Shown: positions 37,623 to 64,000 of the stretch, one piece after another
How the letters are laid out: each line of letters starts with the position of its first letter
How positions within the stretch are numbered: position 1 is the first letter of the stretch
Source of the DNA: Amoebidium appalachense
Taxonomy: Eukaryota; Protista; Ichthyosporea
Direction: 5' to 3'
Assembly (NCBI GenBank): GCA_963693365.1
Contig: CAVNZM010000012.1
Span: 7,142,889-7,206,888, forward strand
Length of the DNA: 64,000 bases
Program-made: the position numbers and the translations under genes
Notes under the pieces: generated by a model
Told to the model about the DNA's origin: nothing
Database searches by the model: none
Seen by the model: only the letters and a program-made list of their open reading frames with translations

Positions 37623-38433
37623 ATTTTATATATCCAGGCATTTCCAAGAAGCGTTCTAGGTTAGACAGTAGGCAATTCACAGAAACACTAGATATTCCCA
37701 GCAGCATGTGTTACACAAATTCCGACGATAGCTAAATCTGTTCTGTACGGAGATGAAAGAGCCGACGGGTATTGTAGCCAAAATGCTGGCCGAGATATAC
37801 ACAAAAAAAACATCAATTCCAGATATTAGATCATTGAGAAACACGATAGCAAACAATCGGTAGTTACTTGGAGGTAGCAGAGCCACGGAGTGTTGTGGCC
37901 AAAGTACTGGCCGAGATATACGCAAAAATAAAAATTCCAGATAGTCGAGAATTGGGAAACGTTATAATGGATTATCAGTCAGATATGGGCGCAAAGATAA
38001 AGACAATCGCCATATCCAGCCATATCGAGCCCAATATTACTTTTCACGTTTGGATATGATTGGACGCAGAAGCATTTACAAAACCCTGCTTAGACCACCG
38101 ATGCAGAACGCTTTCATTGCGTCGCATCCTGCCCCACATATGAGAGAACTAATTTGGGTGTACCAAAACAAATTAGCCTGCAGTTTTGGTTTTCATACCA
38201 CCAGGTGTATCCTCAAAACATAAATTTCACACGTACTTCACGGTCCCAGCCTTGCTTCCTTTCTTGTTCCCTTGTTTACCCCAGTTTTGATGTGCCGTGT
38301 TTTGCGGTGGTGGTGGTGTATTTTGAGCGCCGCGTTGTGGTTGAGAGGGACGGGTAGAGTTCTTGTTACGTTGACCTTGAGGGGGTACACGTGGCTGTAT
38401 GTGTTTGTCACTGTGTGTGTGTGTGGTGAGTGA

Positions 38434-38500
<67 letters not shown>

Positions 38501-38825
38501 CGCTTGGAGGGGGGGGAGGGTTGTGTATGTGTTGTGTGTGTGTACATGCGTGCGTGTGTGTGTGCGTGCGTGCGTGCGTGCGTGCGTGCGTGGGTGCGTG
38601 CGTGTGTGTGTGTGTGTGTGAGTATGGGTGGGTTTGGGTGTGTGGGTGAGTGAGTGAGTGAGTGAGTGAATGAGTGAGTGAGTGAGTGAGATTATGAGTG
38701 TGTGTGCGTGTGTGCCAGAGATTTTATGCAAGTGCGTGTCTGAAATGTGCACACTCGCATTGTGTGTGTATGTGAGGTGCAATGCATTCAAAGGGTTTAA
38801 CGGAGTAGGCTTGTCTCCATCCTGT

Positions 38826-38873
<48 letters not shown>

Positions 38874-39234
38874 AAAAAAACAAAAAAAAAACAAAAAAAA
38901 AACAAAAACAACAACCAATACAAGAATCGGGGGCAAGGGGGAGGAAAAGAACCTTCCATAACCACTTAGGTGTGATTTGATCCACGCACACTCCCAATCA
39001 GTAGACCACAAAAAGCGCAATTGTCTCTCTCTTGCACTCATCTTCTCTCTATGGCGATGACATCACAGTGAGATCTGAGTAGAGACTGGGGGGGGGGGGG
39101 GGGGGGGGGGAGGGGGAGAGTGGGGGGGGGGGGGGGGGGCACACGACTCTTCGTTCAGAGAGACAGGGGATGAGGGGGGGGGGGGGGGAGGGGGAGGAGG
39201 GGGAGGAGAGGGGGGGGGGGGGGGGGGGGGTTTC

Positions 39235-56077
<16,843 letters not shown>

Positions 56078-57878
56078 TTTTTTTTGCGCAAAAAGAGCCC
56101 CGACGGGCCCTGCCTGTGCGTAGATAGTTGGTTGCGGTTTTTATTGGGAGGGGGGGGGGGGGGGGTTGATGGGGGTGGGGATGGGGATAGAAATGAGTTA
56201 CACCTTGAATATATACTGTTAAGCAGATGCTGATGTTACAGTATCATGAATAAGGGATCCGGGGGCCTCTGAACCCAAGCAATCAGCTCATCATAAGTAT
56301 CTCAAGTCAACCCCTATATCCAGATGTGTTTCCCTGGTTCGTTAAGCCGTTACTTGGAAGGTTTGGACGGGGGATGAGCGCTGGGTGGTGATGTGTGATG
56401 AGAGGATGCAGGGAAAAGAAAACAAAGTAGACCACATAGCACCACACAGAGTTATAACACAACCCAGAGGCAATAAAGAAATGCATATGGTATGAGGCAC
56501 TGACCGGAGCTTAAAGAGAAGAGAACCTGATCAGGCAAGAGAAGTTGAGGAGGGAGGGTGGCGCCCGGGGGACGGGGGGAAAGGGGGGGGAAGGGTGCGG
56601 CGGGAGGCAGACAAGTGAGTGTGTCTGGAAAACGGAAGGGGGTTCGCCCGAAAAGAGTTCTCGTTGGGTAGTTTGCTTAAACAGAGCATCAATTAAAAAT
56701 TTCCCAGGTCATGCACCACCTCCATAATAACTTGAAACCAAACTAGGCTAAAATGTACCCATGGTCCTCTCGTCGCCAACAAACTGCCACACCCGAACCC
56801 CTGAAAAATCATGGTTAAAAATATCCACCTGATGCCCCATGTGCCAAGATTTGGAAATTTTATGTAACACTGAATTCAACCCATCCAACAACATCCCTCG
56901 TGTGTGGCTACAAAACCCACCTCTTATATCTTCGTGCTGATCTTGTTGACTTGATTTGGTGGTGAACCAGATGGGTATAGTAACATAAAGGCCAGGTAGA
57001 AATTACGGGGAAACTCAATAAGTCCCTTTCAGTCCCGTCTTTCCAGTTTGTCTATTCTTCACTGAATCCTCGGGTGTCAGACCGCAAGTGGCTAACTAGG
57101 ATTATGGTAACAGATAACGAAGTTGGATTGTGCCTTGGTGGAGACAAGAGAAACTGTATGAACTCAGAAAGATGTGCAATTTATTATCCAAACTTAGTCT
57201 TGGGATGTTATTGACGTGAAAAAATGCATTTATTCTACAGGTGTATTGTGAAAGAAGCATAAAATAACGATTCGTGATCACACGAAGTCGCCCCTAAGGA
57301 GTTGACAGTGTCTCCATCAACCGAGTGTGGTTAGACCAGGATTGACAAGTGCAAATATCACCATGTTGTGTATGCATAAACAGGGTACCATTCAAAGCAC
57401 GTTAAATCATACATACACCAGAAAGCCATACACCAGAAAGCCCCTACTTTTTTCTCTCCAGGACACAAGTATATATCACAGTGACACATGCAAAGGCCCT
57501 AATTATAAAGCCACAACAAGTGTGTAGGCTGGTACTACTGCCCATACCTGTCGCCCTGACTTGGTTGGGAGCAGATTGCTGCCAGATTCCATATGCATTC
57601 CAGCTGATAAACAAATAGATCCTGTAGTCGGATTGGTTAAGAGTTCACCATGTAAACATTCCAGAGCTACATAATGACTGTCTGGTCAAGGCAGTGTGAC
57701 ATATTCAGCTCTAGTGGCAACGCGTAGCTCACTACATGGAGGGGATCCCGAATTCCCGACATAACGTTGTAAGTGAGTAGGAGCAACGCGTACGGACTGC
57801 TCATTTCATAATATGCCTGGGCAGTTTTTAATTTAACCTAAAGATGGGCGAATAAAGACTTTGGAACTGTCTTACCCC

Positions 57879-57911
<33 letters not shown>

Positions 57912-58075
57912 AGAAAAAAAAAAGACACTAGCAGTCTGGCACGCACGCACATACACACACACGCACACGCACACGCACACACGCACACGCACACATGACA
58001 CAAGCACACACAAACACAAACACACGCGCACACACATGTACACCCACCCACCCACACACGCACACACACACGAAC

Positions 58076-58114
<39 letters not shown>

Positions 58115-58300
58115 CGTGGACAAAACTTCGCACAGAAAGTATGAATAACACACACACACACACACGCACACACACACAAACAATCACACGGTATGAATGC
58201 TCTCCGAACCCCCACCCCCAACACCCACCACCACAACCACCACACACACACGCGCGCGCGCACGCGCATGCACGCGCACACACACAACACACGCACGCAT

Positions 58301-58412
<112 letters not shown>

Positions 58413-58459
58413 CCTACACTATCTGTGGGCACGACCACCAACAGCGGCACAATACATAT

Positions 58460-58633
58460 CCAACATCACGAATAACTATCTCCCCCCTCCCCACCCCTCT
58501 CCCTCCCTCCCTCCCTCACTCCCTCCGTCCGTCCGTCCTTCTCTCCCAACATCACGAATAACTATCTCCCCCCTCCCCACCCCTCTCCCTCCCTCCCTCC
58601 CTCACTCCCTCCGTCCGTCCGTCCTTCTCTCCC
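58460..58633. repeat. ~86-bp intergenic tandem duplication
   Basis: ccaacatcacgaataactatctcccc...ccgtccgtccgtccttctctccc appears twice. Confidence 0.85.
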
Positions 58634-59022
58634 TCCCTCCCTGCCTGCCTTCTAATTTTTCGGAAGTACTAAAAAAACACCAAGAAAAACACCGGCGATT
58701 GTGTGCACCTGTACATGAGTTTACCTGACTCAAACATGGCCAACCGTTACACCAGCTAATACTGATCATAGAATTTGAAAAACGAATAATCGAGGGCCTT
58801 GGCCTAACAAGGCAACTTGCCCAAGGCCCATTTTTCTCTCCCTGTCAATTTACCTTGGGGAGGCACCACCCAACGGTCCACTTTCTGCCGTGATCACAAT
58901 TATTCATAACAGACATGGTATATCGGGTTCAGAGCTTCCCACACATGAAAATAGATGTATAGGTGAAGTCGACCCACACCCAAGTGGCTGTGTCTGCGCA
59001 TGTATGTGGCCCAGCCCCCCCC

Positions 59023-59105
<83 letters not shown>

Positions 59106-60598
59106 GAAAAACACACCCAAGACTGGATCAGCAAACGGCTATGACCCAGGGACATCACCCTACCCCCAGCCCTCGACCGTCCACCCCCGGGCCCGAGACA
59201 CCCTATTGCCAATCTCTCCCAGTGCGTATCCAAGTTTTTCGAATATTGTTTGAAACATAGATGTAGGACATTACACCCAGACCCCAAAACCAAACCCAAA
59301 CACACAGCCCACAAAGAGAAAACATCCACCCACATGAAACAGCCTAGCACAACACCTGGAGCCAAAAATACCCCCCCCCAGATGCAGATACACCCACCGT
59401 AAAAAGAGTGCAACACACATTACACCTACAGACTAACAGCAGCCACCACTACACGGCATGGGGCACCATACACACCCCACCACTCTCAACGCCACATCAC
59501 CACCACACCACCTTAGACCCCCGTCAGCAGACATGTGAAATTTCGGACTCGGGCCCCCGCGAAGCTACACCCCAGTTACTATGATAAAATGCAACCCCCC
59601 CCTTATCCTCTTAAATATGATAGTCCGATCGTTCTGCCATGTCTGTGTGACGGGCTCTATCTGGAACGTAGGTACATGGGTCCTATGGGGCTGGTACCCA
59701 CTACTAGGCAGCGATACTGAATAAGACCTTAAATAGAAAATTTCAAATCAAATGCGGGTGTATGTGAGTGTGCGCTCCTGCACAAGCGGTGCGCGCGTCG
59801 GCGTGCACCCCCCCCCCCCCCCCCCCCCCCTTCTCCTCCTCCTAAAAAAAAAACAAAAAAAAAACCACCATCACCAATACAACGGGAATCGTGACCTTGA
59901 AGGTGTGAAAATGGCCACTACTGTTTGTAAAGATGGGGGTGGGGGGGGGGGGGGGGGGGGGGGAAGGGGCCGAATTAGAGAGAAGGAGAGGGAAAGCTCG
60001 AGGGAGGGAGGGAGGGAGGAACATGGGGGAAAGAGAGGGTGGTGTGTGTGTGCGTGTGTGTGTGTTGGGGGGGGGGGGCTAATCCAAAGTGCAGGCTATT
60101 ACAGGTTCTATTTTTATAGAAACTCCCTTGGTTCTACCAGAGAACCACCCCGTACAAAGTTGGAACCACCACCGAATTGAAATATATACATACCTCACTG
60201 CTAAATAAGAGAATTGCACGTATGTCTGGAACTATTTCAATCACACTTCATAATATGTATAATGGCGCAAACCATGGTGAACTTCTGGCTTCGTATAACC
60301 TACAAGCCATATAAGGAACTATGAGCTTTTAAGGTAACGGCTGAAGAAAACAACACAATGATTGTGACACCTCAAAACGGGCATTACGAAATCCATACAC
60401 ATTTCTCGACTATGCATATGTTGAACCTAACATGTACATAACTTAAACCCCTCATAAAACTAAATTTGCTGATCATGAGACGTGATAATGAGTCCTGTAA
60501 CAAGCCACCAACACACCGAGGGGGTTTAACACTACAAGAAAAAACTACAAGAAAACACAACTGTTACATTTTCGTTCATACACTATTCAACTTTCATT

Positions 60599-60998
60599 TC
60601 AACAATCGCTATTCTCCGACGAGCGGTTTGAGCTGAAAGGAGCACGGACCACAACGAGAGGGGGGCAGTAAGAGGAGAGGTAGCACGCAGCACCAATGGG
60701 GCCGAGGGCAACCGTAGCAATCGCCTGCCTGCTGTAGTGGTTGTCGCGGACAGGAACGGAGAGGGAGGATGTTTCGGTCATTGCTGTGTCGGATGTCTCA
60801 CGGCTGTCTGACTTGGAGGGAAGGAGCTGGGCTTCGCAGCTGTGAGGTACGACGACGAGAGAGGGCCGGAGATGCCACACTTCGGGGCCGGCTGTGGTGG
60901 GGAATGAAAGTGTTACTCACGTGGGAAATGGAGGAAAGGGGGATGGGAATGGTGGGCATTCGGGGCATTAAGGGCGCTTCTTTTTTCTTTTTTCCCGG

Positions 60999-61056
<58 letters not shown>

Positions 61057-64000
61057 ACCGCTGTGGATGCCTTGTAAAAGAAGTAGAGGGTGGGAAAAGA
61101 TATGAAGTATTCCCTTTTTCTGGAAGCCAATCCGATTTAAGGGAAAAAAGGAAGGGGTTGTGAGGGTGGGGACGAATGGGGTGGGGGTGGGGATGGGTTC
61201 AACTAGAAGCGAAGCAGAAAAAGGAAGGATGGATCCGGAAAGAGCACGCACCAACCAGAAGCCACCGTTACTTTTACAAATACGCACGCGAACATGCTGC
61301 CAAAGGGAGGGGGGGTGAGGGGGACGGGGGGGGAGGCAGTTTGACCTGGGGTGGATCGGGTGCCCGATAATTAAATGTGTGCAAATATATGTGAACTTCT
61401 GTATGTACTTGTATGTAAATTTGTGCATGTGTGACCCACTGCAAGGAAGAAGGGGGAAGGGGGAAGAGGGGGGGGGGGGGGGGGGGGGGGGGGGGATCAA
61501 TGCAAGCACTTCGTGAGAAAAGTATCAATACAAAGTATCCCCCGAAGCAAACACAGAAAGGTAGGAGGAAGATACGGGAAGCACGGGAGAATCCCAGACA
61601 TGGGCCAGCGGAAAAGAGAAAGGGGCCCAAGGGAGGGGGGGGGGGTTTAAAGAATGGGGACGACGCAACCGTATGATGAAGCAGGAGTGAGAGAGCAACG
61701 GGGAGGGAGGGGGGGAGGGGGGGGGGGGGAAGCAATGAACCAGTAAATAAAAACAGCAACATACCAATATCTCGAATGGTGACGCCGGGAATGGAGGGTG
61801 CTGTGGATTCATATGTCTTGTCCTTCTTGCCCCGATCCCTCTCCAATGACGCCTTCGCGAGTTGCTCAATTGTAGCCTCGAGGGTGAGATGGGTGTCGAT
61901 GGCAGATGTGGCCACTGTGTCTGGACAACGGGCAGCCAGAGAGTTCAAGAACTCAATGAACACGGCATCGTCGTTGGCCTCATCGTCGAAGGCCGGAAGG
62001 GAGGAAGACATGTTCTTCTTGGCTGCCTTGGAACCGGCGAGTTCGCTCTCAGCCGTGTGCATGCGAAGGATGTGGACAATGGTGTTTGCAGCCTGGCGAG
62101 CCAATTGAAGAGCAAGCAGAACTGCGGCACGACTGTCGCGACCACCAAAGAAGAACACTACTACACGCTTTGACGACAGGCGGCTCCGGTCGGACGGCAC
62201 CGGCAGGCTCTCAACCTCCTCCACAACCGTGCCTTCGCCATCCTCATCCCGCTCCTCGCTGTGCCGGAATAGGTTGCGCATGCGAAGGGTTGGCGACATA
62301 CCACCGAATGCTTGGTGATGTTGCGGAAGGTCGCCCATGCTGCTGCTGTGCACGGGGCAGGTTGGGGCAACATAGGCGGCCACACCCATGGGGCATTCCT
62401 CAAGAAGCTGCCCCAGAACCTCATGATGACTTGTGCCCTGCGAGAAGAACCCTGTTTCGCGGGGGGGCTCAACCCATGGAAGAACGACATAGGTGGCGTT
62501 CTGAAGGTAGGCTGCGCTGGAGAGGTCATGGGCAAGGGTGCCGGGCGTAGTGACGGCCATGCGAGATGGTGGGATCAAACCCGTATACCTGGCAGTGGCT
62601 CCGGAACAACTGCAGATCCTTGGGGGTCTCCTCGCTGATCCATGTTGCGCGCAGCACACTACTGTTGCGGTCGGACACTTGGAGAAGGCGGAGCGCGGAC
62701 AGAGACACAGACGGGTCTTCATTACCATCGCTAGAGCTGCCCAAACGCCGCACTTCCTCAGCGGCTCCTTGCTCGTTGGGTGCATGGGGGCGCAAGGTCA
62801 GGCGCTGGGGCTTGTCGGGTGCGCTTACAGACAACGCCTCCGATCTTCGGAAGATGCCAATCAGTTGAACAATTTGGTTGGTGTCCTGGTTCTTCTCCAG
62901 CCACACAGTGAGATGTGGGTGTTGGTTGTACTCCTGCTCGAAATCCTCCACAACCTTGAATTTGGCCGACTTGCGTGCTTCGAGACGCTTCTTGATGTAC
63001 GATGGCGGGTACGCCAACCCGAGTAGCGGGGTAGTCATGAAGGTTGTAACTAATGCCATAAGGACCATCACTACAAAGATCTCCTGGTTCAGGGCGCCGG
63101 CATCTAAACCGACGTTCAACACGATAAGTTCTACCAAACCACGTGTGTTCATCAGTATACCAATGGCCAACGACTCACGAACTGTGTGGCCGAGCGCCTT
63201 GGCTGCCCCACCAGCCCCAACGATTTTCGTGCACGCAACAGCGATAACAAGGAAAACCATGCCCCAAGCCGTGCCGGTGTTCAAAGCGCCAATTTGCGTG
63301 CGAAGCCCTGAATAGGTAAAGTAAAGGGGAAGAAGGACGATGGTGATGAAATCCTCGATTTTCTCGATGAGCGTTACGGCAAAACCAGAGTGACGAGGCA
63401 TGGCCAGGCCGGCAATAAAGGCGCCGAAAATAGCGTGAACACCAAGGAACTCTGTAATCCATGCGCTAACGAAGGCCAGAATGAAGGCGGCTACGACTGT
63501 TGCCTGGGTGACGTGATTCTTTTCAAACCTGCTGCTCTGTATGCCCCGGTTCAGAAGCGGGCGAACCACCGCCAACATAAAGACACCAAAAGCACCGGTT
63601 GATAAGAAAACCCACACGACGTTAACGGGGGAACCCGAGTTGTTGCTGATTGCTACGACCAGAGCCAAGAAACCCCACGCAACAACGTCCCCGAGAGCCG
63701 CCGCAGTGATAGATGTTATACCGACAGGGGTAGTCATAAGTTTGCGCTCCGCAACGATGCGTGCAAGAACCGGAAAGGCCGTAATGCTGTTTGCTACGGC
63801 GATGAAGGCCCCGAAGGTGCCGAAACCAACTGTGATTCCAGCCCCGAGCACATTCCACAGCGCCACTGCTGCAGCAAAGCCACAGGCGAAGGGAAGGATG
63901 ATGCCGACCGCCGAAACAATCGTGGCTGCTTTCGCCGTGGTTTTTAAAAGAGCTAGTTCGAGCTCAAGGCCAACGATGAAGAGAAACATGACAAGACCAA
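60599..64000 (-). CDS. KHA1: CPA2-family cation/H+ antiporter (fungal Kha1 / plant CHX-like), 5'-partial, apparent internal frameshift
   Basis: ORF 63989-62526 has FIVGLELE, SITAFPVLARIVAERKL, GVHAIFGAFIAGLAMP, LLPLYFTYSGLRT, GILMNTRGLVELIVLNVG, VLMALVTTFMTTP. Overlapping ORF 62785-61274 continues the CHX-type cytosolic tail (LAHDL..YVVLPW, FFFGGRDSRAAV). Intron 61764-60892 (GT..AG, phase 1). Last exon 60891-60599 has LGPIG...LVVVR. The symbol marks family resemblance. Confidence 0.88.

Overview
Intron-rich eukaryotic genomic DNA whose introns and spacers are full of C/G homopolymers and (CA)n/(GT)n/(CT)n microsatellites. Almost all ORFs in the six-frame track are repeat artefacts (poly-P, poly-G, HT, CV, LS, ER). 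Manual splicing gives five protein-coding genes: (1) the 3' part of a P4-type phospholipid flippase (ATP8A/Drs2-like, +, <220-9347); (2) a SUN-domain inner nuclear membrane protein (+, ~11958-25955, 5' end unresolved); (3) a ~1050-aa protein with a C-terminal, insertion-split RGS domain (+, 30872-35371); (4) an ADAM10/Kuzbanian-like metalloprotease (-, 56077 to ~39235) with a 1-nt frameshift in a G6 run; (5) a Kha1/CHX-type cation/H+ antiporter (-, >64000-60599) with an apparent frameshift. This gene set suggests an opisthokont, possibly a unicellular holozoan (inference only). The most notable non-coding patterns are a stereotyped intron layout (sense-strand poly-C right after often weak donors, (CA)n in place of a polypyrimidine tract, complementary C/G tracts that could pair), frequent short tandem duplications that copy splice sites, and a tandemly duplicated, hairpin-rich ~400-bp intronic element. 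No CRISPR array, rRNA, convincing tRNA or recognisable transposase ORF was found.
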